DNA of 20,556 nt from NCBI GenBank assembly GCA_024626585.2, contig JANKJI020000004.1, positions 157,886,224 through 157,906,779 of the forward strand, written 5' to 3'. The DNA is from Ginkgo biloba (lineage: Eukaryota; Plantae; Ginkgophyta). The position numbers and the translations under genes are program-made. The notes below the pieces were generated by a model. That model saw nothing but the letters and a program-made list of their open reading frames with translations. It searched no databases and had not been told where the DNA came from. How positions within the stretch are numbered: position 1 is the stretch's first letter; the number at the start of each line of letters is the position of its first letter. Positions 10,307 to 20,556 of the stretch are shown here, one piece after another.

Positions 10307-11483
10307 GAGAAGCTATTTGTTAACCTGGAAAATTGTAGCTTCGCACAGATGGAACTTAAGTATTTAGGTTTCATCGTGTCTAGCGAAGGAATGAAGGTGG
10401 ATCAGGAGAAGGTGAAGGCAGTGTTGAATTGGCCGCGACCGATGAATGCCACCGAACTTTGGAGTTTCTTTGGACTGGCTAGTTTCTATAGGAAGTTTTT
10501 CAGGAAATTTAGCCTGTTAGTAGAACCTATGACTGAGTGTCTCCGAGGAAAATTGTTCAAGTGGACGACAGCGGCGCAGTGCAGTTTTGAGCAGTTGAAA
10601 AAGAAGTTGGCAGAGTCACCAGTCTTAACATTATCAAACTTTGACAAGGTGTTTGAAGTGGAGTGCAATGTGCTAAGAACTAAAATTTGACTAATGCTTA
10701 GTCAGCAGGGAGGATCAACAACATATTTTAATAAAAATTTGAATGACACCAAACAGAGTTACTCGATATATGACTTTGAGTTCTATGCTTTAGTGCAAGC
10801 CTTGAGTTTTGTGTGACATTATTTGCTGCCAAAGGAATTAGTGTTATACATCAATAACCAAGTGTTAAAATTCTTGAACTCCTAGAGTAAATTTGAATGT
10901 GTAACATGCAAAGTAGGTGGAATTCATGTAGGCATATTCTTTTATGTTGAAGCACAAGTCTGGGAAGATAAACCAAGTAGTTGATGTCTTAAGTCAAATG
11001 ACAACATTACTTGTCATAATGACTAATGGGGTTGAAGGGTTTGAAGAAATAAGGTACATGTATGACACTGACAAGAATTTTTGTCAAGTGATGGAGTATC
11101 TCAATAATATGACAACTTCTAGTGGAGAACTTTATGGGGAATATTTCCNNNNNNNNNNNNNNNNNNNNNNNNNNNNNNNNNNNNNNNNNNNNNNNNNNNN
11201 NNNNNNNNNNNNNNNNNNNNNNNNNNNNNATTTGTGAACTAGACTATGGTGGTTTAGGAGGCTACTTTAGTCAAGACAAGACAGTGATAATGGTGGAAGA
11301 GAGGAATTTTTTTTTGGGGTTAAGAAAATAAGTAAGAAGATTTATGGAGAGGTATAGGATTTGTTAATTGTTGAAGTGATAGGCTTAGAATATAGGGTTG
11401 TACAAACCATTATCAAATCCAAAAGGACCTTATACCAACATCACTGTGGACTTTGTGTTGGGGTTGCCACATATAAAAAAAGG
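10307..11483 (+). mobile_element. pol: Ty3/gypsy pol copy A: RT C-terminus, RNase H, start of integrase (degenerate)
   Basis: EKLFVNLENCSF..ELKYLGFIVSSEGMKVDQEKVKAVLNWPRP..FFGLASFYRKF..SPVLTLSNFDKVFEVEC..YSIYDFEFYALVQAL..LKHKSGKINQVVDVLS..GGLGGYFSQDKT..TNITVDFVLGLP, with stops and a frameshift. Confidence 0.95.
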
Positions 11484-11583
11484 NNNNNNNNNNNNNNNNN
11501 NNNNNNNNNNNNNNNNNNNNNNNNNNNNNNNNNNNNNNNNNNNNNNNNNNNNNNNNNNNNNNNNNNNNNNNNNNNNNNNNNNN

Positions 11584-13241
11584 ATTTTCCAAGGATTTTG
11601 TGTTATACATTGACCATCAAGCATTAAAGTATCTTGAATCCAAAGGTAAGATGAATTCCCAACATGCAAAGTGGGTATAGTTCTTATAATCATATTCCTT
11701 TATGTTGAAGCATAAATTTGGGAAGCTAAATCAAGTGGTGGATGAATTAAGCTAGATATTAACATTATTAACAATAATAACAAATGAATTCATATGATTT
11801 GAGTCGATGAAGGATATGTATGATGCCGATAAGGATCTTTGGCAAGTGATGGAATACTTGAGAAGTCCGACCACGACCAATGGAGAACCTCATGGAGATT
11901 ATTTCTTGCAAGGCGGATATCTATTTAAGGGTTGACAATTATGCATACCAGATAGTTCTATGTGGGAAAACATGATCCACCAATTACATAGTAGCAGTTT
12001 GGGAGCCCATTTTGGAAAAGACAAAATAGTGTCAATGGTGGACAAACAATATTTTTTGCCAGGGATGAGAAAGCAAGTGAGTCAGTTTGTGGAAAAGTGC
12101 AGAATATGTTAGTTGTTAAAGGGACAATCACAAAATGTTCGACTGTATAAACCATTGCCAATTCTAGAAGGACCTTGGACTAACATCACCATGGACTTTG
12201 TGTTGGGACTTCTATGTACACAAAAAGGCAACGACTCCATATTCATTGTCGTTGATAGATTTTTTAAGATGGAACATTCCATCCTCTGTTAGAAGACCAA
12301 TGACTCAAGTAAGATGATCGACTAATTTTTCAAGAAAATAGTAAGGCTTCATTGATTTTCAAGAAGCATCATCTCCCATATAGAAAATAATTTTTTGAGT
12401 CATTTTTGGTAGACATTATGGAGGAAATTAAACACCATGTTGTAATATAACAATGCATATCATGCATACACTGATAGATAGACAAAAGTGGTGAATCAAT
12501 TATTGGGAAATTTAATATGAATCTTAGTAGGAAGTAGACCCAAGCAATGGGATTCTATGTTATCATAGGTAGAGTTTGCCTATAACATCTTAGTAAATAG
12601 ATTGATAAGCATGTCACCCTTTTAAATCATATATGGGAGTATGCTAAGGATGATGGTGGATTTGGTGGAGTTACCAAGAGTAGAACGAGCCAATGATGAT
12701 GTCAAAGCATTATCTAAGAAAATAAAATAGGTCCAAGAAGAGGTAAAGTGGCAGTTTACAAGAAGTAATGACAGTTGTAAAGAAATAATGGATTAACATT
12801 ATTGACATAAAGACTTCAATGTCAGAGAATTAATCATGGTATATTTATGGAAGGCTAGATTTTTTATAGGAACATACAACAAGATGAAGTATAAGAAAAT
12901 AAGACGGTGTTAGTTTGTTAAGAAGATAAACAAGAATGCTTATGAAGTGGATTTGTCCAACAACTATGATATTTCACCTGTATTCCACATTGCCAACTTT
13001 TATAAATATCCAAGAGAAAATGAGACAAAGAGGATAAGAAGTAGATGACTAGAGACAACACATGCCAAAGAAGAAGAAGGAAGAAGTCGAAGAAGTACTA
13101 GACTAAAAGGTGGTGGAGACCAGGATGGGTTGTTATAATCGATATCTAGTAAAGTGGAAAGGGTTTCCATAGGAGGATAACATGTGGATCATTAAGGAGG
13201 AGCGTAGAGAGTTAGATGAAGAGAAGAGGAATATTTTTTAG
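11584..13241 (+). mobile_element. pol: Ty3/gypsy pol copy B: RNase H end, integrase (HHCC + core), chromodomain (degenerate)
   Basis: [100 protein letters not shown], ending in EEVEEVLD*KVVETRMGCYNRYLVKWKGFP*EDNMWI. Confidence 0.95.
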
Positions 13242-13279
13242 GAGAAATATTAGTAGGGGCTCATATAAATTTTATGCCC

Positions 13280-13287
13280 AGGGAGGA
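13280..13287 (+). other. Polypurine tract
   Basis: AGGGAGGA immediately precedes the LTR start TGATGTAG, about 40 nt after the end of pol. Confidence 0.8.
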
Positions 13288-14108
13288 TGATGTAGAAGCA
13301 TCATTGAATTTTGGGTTTTTATCATAGTATGGATAATTGGCATTGATAGATATGGCACGAAGGATTGATGATAAGGAACAATAACAACAGTTAGTGAATA
13401 GAGAAAGGTTTTGGAAATATGATGAAAGATTTTGCATGAGTGNNNNNNNNNNNNCACTAACAAACAGATGTTCGACAGAGATAATGATAAGGTGGTTAGG
13501 AGACAAAAGGGCCAACAATAATTATAACGAGAAATAGAGACAATGACAAGACATCAACAACCAACCATAGCAAAAGGAACATTGGCATTAAAAGGGTAAG
13601 CAATGATAGACAAAGGAAGATCATGATAAAGGAAATATTCGACAATCAAGTATTTAAAGCGATAAGTGACCATACACCCTTGAAATAAATAATTCAAAAG
13701 TGGGATAACTCAGGGCTCGAGAATAGTTGGTAAATTCAAACTCTAGATAATAAAGATATTAACTACTCAACCACCAAAAGGTAGCGACAAGAGACTTTAA
13801 GAGGGGGATAACGATAGTTAAGGGGATAATAGTAGAAGGAGGAAAGAGGGATTGAGAGTCTATAGAGAAGGAGAAGAAGATCCACATGGAGAATAATGTC
13901 ATAATTGAGTAGAGGAAGAGGGAATAGAAGAGGAGAGTGCATCCTAAGGAAGAGTAAGGGGTTGCAGAAGTGAGAAAAAAGTTAGTGCACAACAAGTGAA
14001 GTGTGAATTCATGGTTGGAGTATAAAGCCATGGTGTAATTATAACAAGTGCTCCAAGAAGAGAGATTTGGGTGGATATATGCACCTCACTTTAGAATTTA
14101 ACCCATAT
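13288..14108 (+). mobile_element. 3' LTR of the CRM-like chromovirus (3' end not seen, runs into a gap)
   Basis: It starts with TG after the PPT and is homologous to 9621-10206 up to ~13865. The purine-rich continuation to the gap is inferred to be LTR. Confidence 0.85.
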
Positions 14109-14140
14109 NNNNNNNNNNNNNNNNNNNNNNNNNNNNNNNN

Positions 14141-15288
14141 ATATTCTCAAATAGGTTGGTGGGTCAATTGTAATAAAGATCTTAAATTATTTGAGGATAA
14201 AGCATATGATTCTAGAGGATGGAGCCTTTGAGCTCTGCTAGGGTTTTGTATGCGAAGGCATCCTTCTCTCTCCATGACACCTATCATGCATCCCTAACCC
14301 TTACTGGGTTTATCCCAAATACAACGTGTAATGGGGTGATTAGATGTAGGAGATGATGGGATTCACTATTAATGAGAGGACATGCATCTAGCATATATCA
14401 TGGCTATTTCTTTTCATGGATGCAAGTTTTTTTCTTTTGTTTTATGTAGGAACTCTTATATGAAAGAGATGATCTTTGGTGGGTGCCCTCAATCTTGAGG
14501 GTAATTTTTCTATAGTGGGTGACTTGGTTTTGAGGGCGTGACTTCATCTTCTATCTCATGACTTACTTCCCTAGTTGTTGGTGTGTGTATTCTTGGGGCG
14601 TTCTATCTTTTAGCTCCATGACTTCTGTGGTTTTCCTTTTATTGTTGCTCAAATATGGAAGATGAAGTTTCCCTTTGTTGCGGGGCTACATGAATTAACT
14701 CAAGTGGGGTTGCTCGTTATATGATCTTGGTGACTATTTCATTTAGATTCTGCTTTCTCACCTACGATGTAGATGATGGTTTCGAGTGTGGGTTCCCAAG
14801 TTTATTGGTTGCCTCCTTCTCTATTAGTTGGTGCCTATTAAGGTTGTGATGTTACATGCCATTTTTATGGTGAAATTTTTATTCTTATTAACACTTGGTT
14901 TTTTTCTTATTAGGGTTTGATTGATTCTGGTGCCATGTGTGGTATCTGGTATCTGATGGTATCCATTATCTTATGGTATTTTGAATCTTATTGTAACCCT
15001 ATGTGTTAGAACCCTGCGTGGTTCAGCTAAGATTTTAATGTGTGTAGTAATTAAATGGCTTATGTTCCAGTGCCCTGCATGGTGACTAAGGTCTCTTGGT
15101 TATTTTTTAGTCTTGTTAGACCCAGTCCTACGGAGGTACCTTTCCCTTAGGATGGTGTGTGGTTGAGGATGCCTAGTCTTAGGATTGGGTAACTGTGAAG
15201 CTACCCCCCTTTTGTTGTACGATGTAATCCTCCCTATTTCATGACTTAAATAAAATATATAAGCATTTTTAAAAAAAAAAAAAAAAAA
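14141..15288 (+). mobile_element. Probable 3' end (3' UTR + poly(A)) of a non-LTR retroposon
   Basis: About 1.1 kb of T/G-rich, A-poor non-coding sequence ends in AATAAA (15249-15254) and A18 (15271-15288). I recognised no ORF2 motif, and the 5' end lies in a gap. Confidence 0.45.
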
Positions 15289-17828
15289 GCATATGATNNN
15301 NNNNNNNNNNNNNNNNNNNNNNNNNNNNNNNNNNNNNNNNNNNNNNNNNNNNNNNNNNNNNNNNNNNNNNNNNNNNNNNNNNNNNNNNNNNNNNNNNNNN
15401 NNNNNNNNNNNNNNNNNNNNNNNNNNNNNNNNNNNNNNNNNNNNNNNNNNNNNNNNNNNNNNNNNNNNNNNNNNNNNNNNNNNNNNNNNNNNNNNNNNNN
15501 NNNNNNNNNNNNNNNNNNNNNNNNNNNNNNNNNNNNNNNNNNNNNNNNNNNNNNNNNNNNNNNNNNNNNNNNNNNNNNNNNNNNNNNNNNNNNNNNNNNN
15601 NNNNNNNNNNNNNNNNNNNNNNNNNNNNNNNNNNNNNNNNNNNNNNNNNNNNNNNNNNNNNNNNNNNNNNNNNNNNNNNNNNNNNNNNNNNNNNNNNNNN
15701 NNNNNNNNNNNNNNNNNNNNNNNNNNNNNNNNNNNNNNNNNNNNNNNNNNNNNNNNNNNNNNNNNNNNNNNNNNNNNNNNNNNNNNNNNNNNNNNNNNNN
15801 NNNNNNNNNNNNNNNNNNNNNNNNNNNNNNNNNNNNNNNNNNNNNNNNNNNNNNNNNNNNNNNNNNNNNNNNNNNNNNNNNNNNNNNNNNNNNNNNNNNN
15901 NNNNNNNNNNNNNNNNNNNNNNNNNNNNNNNNNNNNNNNNNNNNNNNNNNNNNNNNNNNNNNNNNNNNNNNNNNNNNNNNNNNNNNNNNNNNNNNNNNNN
16001 NNNNNNNNNNNNNNNNNNNNNNNNNNNNNNNNNNNNNNNNNNNNNNNNNNNNNNNNNNNNNNNNNNNNNNNNNNNNNNNNNNNNNNNNNNNNNNNNNNNN
16101 NNNNNNNNNNNNNNNNNNNNNNNNNNNNNNNNNNNNNNNNNNNNNNNNNNNNNNNNNNNNNNNNNNNNNNNNNNNNNNNNNNNNNNNNNNNNNNNNNNNN
16201 NNNNNNNNNNNNNNNNNNNNNNNNNNNNNNNNNNNNNNNNNNNNNNNNNNNNNNNNNNNNNNNNNNNNNNNNNATATTGTAGGTTTTTTCTTTCTTTTGC
16301 ACTATATATTTTCCTATATACGTGGTGCCTTTCTCTCCTGTAGTGAGATACATTTTTAACTTCTATATGGCACCTTTTCTAAGAATCAATTTTTGTGTGA
16401 TCTTATGAAATTTTCACTCGATATTCCCGCATAGTCAACATCGTTATTATTGTTCTTTTAAGGTATATTCCAATTTTTCATCATTTTTTTTTTATTACCA
16501 TTTTTAGAATTTTTATTAGTTTTAAATATGTTTTGTTATTTTCACTTTTTCTATTATTTTACCTACTTTATTGTAAACAATTTTAGTTTTATATATAAGT
16601 TTTATTTATTTTAGGCTACACACATGTATTTTTTCTCTCTAACAACTTAAAATGAGCCTAATCAATTTTAATAAAAGAAATTAAGATCACAATTTTTTTC
16701 TAGGTTACACAAAAAATTTCAAGGGTGGTATTTATTCATTAAACAATCCCACTATGAAACCATTCCAAACGATAGAATTATAGGCTAATTTAGGAATTGA
16801 GATAGATGCATGTGAATCCTATTATTCTTAAGGGTCATAAATAAAATTTGTATATACTTTTATTGGGAGATCCCTCATAGGTTAAGGAATAGGTCNNNNN
16901 NNNNNTTTGGGGATAAATTTTGGATGTTCATAGTCCTCTCTCCGAACTTGTTTATACAATTTAGTACATTAATACTTTTCTTTAGATTTTCCTCATTAGG
17001 TATCAAGTTCTCTAACAAAGGCCTTTTTATTCAAGTTTTATTACCTTAAGAGGTAGAGGGACGTGATGTTCCATCATCTTTTGTAGGCCTTGATTACCTT
17101 GCAAGATGCAAATAACTAAGTCACCTATCATTTTTGGAAGAAAGTTTCACTTGTATTACATTTACATTCTAGTACTAAGAGTAAAATTAATTCCACTTAA
17201 GTAAATTAAAAACATAAAAATCCCTTTATTTTCCATTTTATTTACTCCATTGTCTTCTAAGTTCTATTATTATTCAAGTTTGATATACTTAGTTTGATTG
17301 CACTTTTGACTATTTTTCTTAGTCGATTAAAAAATAAATTCATCTATCTAGACCCTAATCTAGTCCTATTTATAATTGGCAACACAATCATTTAGGAATT
17401 TATTTCTATTTTTCTAGACATCTTAGAGGTCTTCTTGCTTTAATTAACCTAGAATAAGATTTTTAAATCTTATTCATGGCCTTATAAGATTATAATTNNN
17501 NNNNNNNNNNNNNNNNNNNNNNNNNNNNNNNNNNNNNNNNNNNNNNNNNNNNNNNNNNNNNNNNNNNNNNNNNNNNNNNNNNNNNNNNNNNNNNNNNNNN
17601 NNNNNNNNNNNNNNNNNNNNNNNNNNNNNNNNNNNNNNNNNNNNNNNNNNNNNNNNNNNNNNNNNNNNNNNNNNNNNNNNNNNNNNNNNNNNNNNNNNNN
17701 NNNNNNNNNNNNNNNNNNNNNNNNNNNNNNNNNNNNNNNNNNNNNNNNNNNNNNNNNNNNNNNNNNNNNNNNNNNNNNNNNNNNNNNNNNNNNNNNNNNN
17801 NNNNNNNNNNNNNNNNNNNNNNNNNNNC

Positions 17829-17839
17829 ATCCTACATCA
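17829..17839. mobile_element. LTR terminus matching the chromovirus LTR
   Basis: ATCCTACATCA is the exact reverse complement of TGATGTAGGAT (9621-9631) and lies directly after a gap. Confidence 0.5.
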
Positions 17840-18136
17840 CAGTTTGCCTATTTAGGAGTTTTTCTCTTTATCCCATATGATCCATTTGAATCTTAAAACC
17901 ACTCCAAATGTTGGTCCCCCATGTCCATATTTGTTTTCATTTGTTTCCACCCACCTCATCACTCTTAAGGACCAATTTCCATGTCCATTCCTTATTTTGG
18001 TGCTTCCAATAATCCACCTCTAGGATCAAGTTTACCACAAGTATCTCATGCAATTGCTCATGGATGTTTCATCCCTATTACATCAATTAACTCAATTACA
18101 ACTAGAGATCCCTTCATCCACCATTTTTCCACCTAG

Positions 18137-18826
18137 TTTTATGGTGACCTTGTTGAGTGATTAAAATTCAATAAATATCTTCATGGATCTATCCCTCTTC
18201 TTGACTAATAACAACTAAATAGAGACTTAGAGGGTCGAATAAAATCGTGACCCAACAACTTCTCAACCAATCTCTCTACCTCTTCCTTTTCTGCATGGAT
18301 CAAGTAGAAAGGAAACATATAAATTAGTTGTAATATTAGTTTAAAAGTAATATGGTGGTATATATCTCACTCTAATGGCAAAATTTATGGCATCTCATTA
18401 GGAAACACATGATTGTTCTCTACCAATAAAGATGCCATCGCCTCAAGAACTTCCTTAGCATTCTTATCAACTAAGGGAACCTCTCTTAGGATGAAAAGTT
18501 AAAAGCTCGAGTATTTGAATCTATAACCACCCTCTTCAAATAAAATAAAGACACCAAATTAATTTATCTAAAATCATGATTCCCAAACAACTTCATCTTC
18601 TTACCTTGTAAAAGTGTAAAATATGATCTTAGCATAAGATATGAATGTTATACTGCCATAATCATTTTTCTCCAAGGATTACATCATACCTTGAAATACT
18701 TAGGATGTTAAAATATAAATGGTCCATACACTTATAAATGGTGATGGGTGCCTTATTTATAAACTCTTCCCGTGCTTGTGTCATATTTCCATCTACCATT
18801 TCTACTTCATATGAGTAAGGAGGCTC
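18137..18826 (-). mobile_element. pol: Ty3/gypsy aspartic protease C-terminus + RT N-terminus fragment (degenerate)
   Basis: Minus strand: YEVEMVDG..SRYDVILGEK*LWQYN..VFPNEMP*ILPLE*DIYHHI..EKEEVERLVEKLLGHDFIRPSKSLFS/LLLVKKRDRSMKIFIEF*SLNKVTIK. It is truncated immediately after the LNK.TIK motif. Confidence 0.9.
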
Positions 18827-18928
18827 TNNNNNNNNNNNNNNNNNNNNNNNNNNNNNNNNNNNNNNNNNNNNNNNNNNNNNNNNNNNNNNNNNNNNNNNNN
18901 NNNNNNNNNNNNNNNNNNNNNNNNNNNG

Positions 18929-19403
18929 GACATAGATTACATATATCCATTACATGACAATATCAACTATCTCATCATATTATACTTCTATTATTTATAC
19001 AAAGTGCAGATGGTTAGATAATCGTCGTGGAAGTTACAACTTATAGATCCTATCAGAGACTTATGTCAAACTCTCTCTTCATTATTGGTGACAGCCCCAT
19101 ATTAATATCGGTGAGGGCTTTTGTCAGGCTCCCTCGTCGGCATCAACGAAGAGTTTGATGAGGTCTACTCCGACCTTCATCGATGGACTGATTCATGGTA
19201 GCTTCATCCTTCGTTGGTGATCTAACCTCTATTAGTATCCTTGAAGAGTTCTCAACCTTATCGGTGTCAATGCAGATGAATCTCGCATGTTGTTGATGCC
19301 CAAGCTACCTTCGACATCCATTGATGAACCAACTCCTGTCATTGTCGGTCTAGATCATTTTCGATATTTGTAGATTTCTTCGTCCAACAAGCTTCTTCTA
19401 ACA
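18929..19403 (-). mobile_element. Probable LTR fragment (solo or 5' LTR) of another family
   Basis: There is a sharp composition boundary at 19403, where the minus strand starts TGTTAG. A CpG-retaining U3-like tract follows, then TATAAATA (18999-18992). No PPT is upstream and no partner LTR is seen. Confidence 0.4.
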
Positions 19404-20556
19404 TATAAAAAATGAGTTAATTTGATAGAATAATACAAGAGAATAACAATCTATTGGATGACTTGACCACTCTTAATAAAAAAGGAAAAAAAAATAAAGA
19501 TCATAAAATTCATCTTTGACCTTCACATGTTATAGCTTATAAACATTCATTAGTTGATAATATTGATGGAATTCTTGTTAGAAATTTTGATTCTTGTACA
19601 TCCTCCTTTTAATCTCTTCCTTTTTATCAATAAATATTAAGTCATGCTCAATCACATGTCATAAATTATAAATGTGAGCTTTAATTATATCTTAAAATAA
19701 ACAAAGATACCCAACTATGATTTGATTTTTATTTTACATTTTGTATGGCATATATTCAATGTTGTAATCTATAATAATATGATATGTAATAATATTCAAA
19801 CAAATTCATAATATTTAATTTATATTGATTGAATGTAATAGGGACAGTGATCCATCTATTTTAATTACCAAAAGAAATATACAGCCAATTTGTGGAATCT
19901 ATCATGACAATATTCAAAGATTTTAGTAAAGGTAAAACAATTATGATGTGAAGTGGCAATCATTAACTGCCTATTATTTCTATAATATGAGAATCATGAT
20001 TATTTTAAGAGTGCAATCACATGGGAGGATGGTAAAAATTGTCTTTCACCCCCATCCTCTTAATATTTCTTAAAGCATAAAGCCTCATCACATGCACATG
20101 AAATCAACTAGTTATATTACATAAAAAAAAGTTGTTATCAACATATGAGATTGACTTTTATAACTTATACAAGAAATTCTAATTAAGAAAATATAAAAGA
20201 GCACTAGCATCTTGCATATAATAAGCTCAATAATTTCTCTTTACTTTTTAGGGCAAAGACATGGCTAAAGTGGGGCTAACATTTATTTAAAGAGGAATGC
20301 CAATCGTTGCTATATCTATTTTGAAATTATAACCCCCGTCTAAGCCAAACCATGGCATTGCAATGCATAATCATTCATTGCTTATTCTCATGAACAGTGT
20401 TTTTAACCTTATTAACCCCCCCATCCTTGGCCCCCTTTTCATTATTATCCTTTGTTTTAAGTTTTCCCTTAGCAAAGTGTTCTCCACAATGAGATGAACC
20501 TTATGAATCAATATTTCCCTTTTTCTATACTCTAATTTGTCTCCCGCTAGTTCTAT

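Noticed and set aside
15100-16353. Long ORFs of 417 aa and 329 aa (and 17474-17830) in the ORF track
   Set aside because: They consist almost entirely of N-gap translation.
16274-17497. Possible 5' UTR/LTR of a Tat/Ogre-like element
   Set aside because: No PBS, terminus or coding motif could be identified, so I left it unannotated.
20262-20440. PPT-like tracts AAAGTGGGGCTAA (+) and G-runs (-)
   Set aside because: They are not followed by a TG LTR start and no partner repeat is in the window.

Overview
This is a eukaryotic, AT-rich, CpG-depleted, heavily gapped draft sequence from a land plant. The style suggests a large gymnosperm-like genome, but that is inference. No intact gene, RNA gene or CRISPR array is present, and the window is mostly decayed retrotransposon DNA. 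From left to right: (i) a ~4.1-kb minus-strand fossil reading frame (625-4771) with no Gag/Pol/transposase motif I recognise, followed by a PPT-like tract and a possible short LTR; (ii) a disrupted, intron-containing methylesterase (MES/SABP2-like) gene fragment (4873-5253); (iii) a Ty1/copia integrase fragment; (iv) two Ty3/gypsy gag remnants; (v) a CRM-type chromovirus region with two diverged LTRs, two different RNaseH-integrase copies and a C-terminal chromodomain (9621-~14108); (vi) a poly(A)-tailed, LINE-like 3' end; (vii) a minus-strand gypsy protease-RT fragment and a probable LTR. I cannot support a new multi-gene system. The best novelty candidate is the long unassigned fossil ORF. 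All translations were done by eye, and many junctions fall on N gaps of unknown true size.
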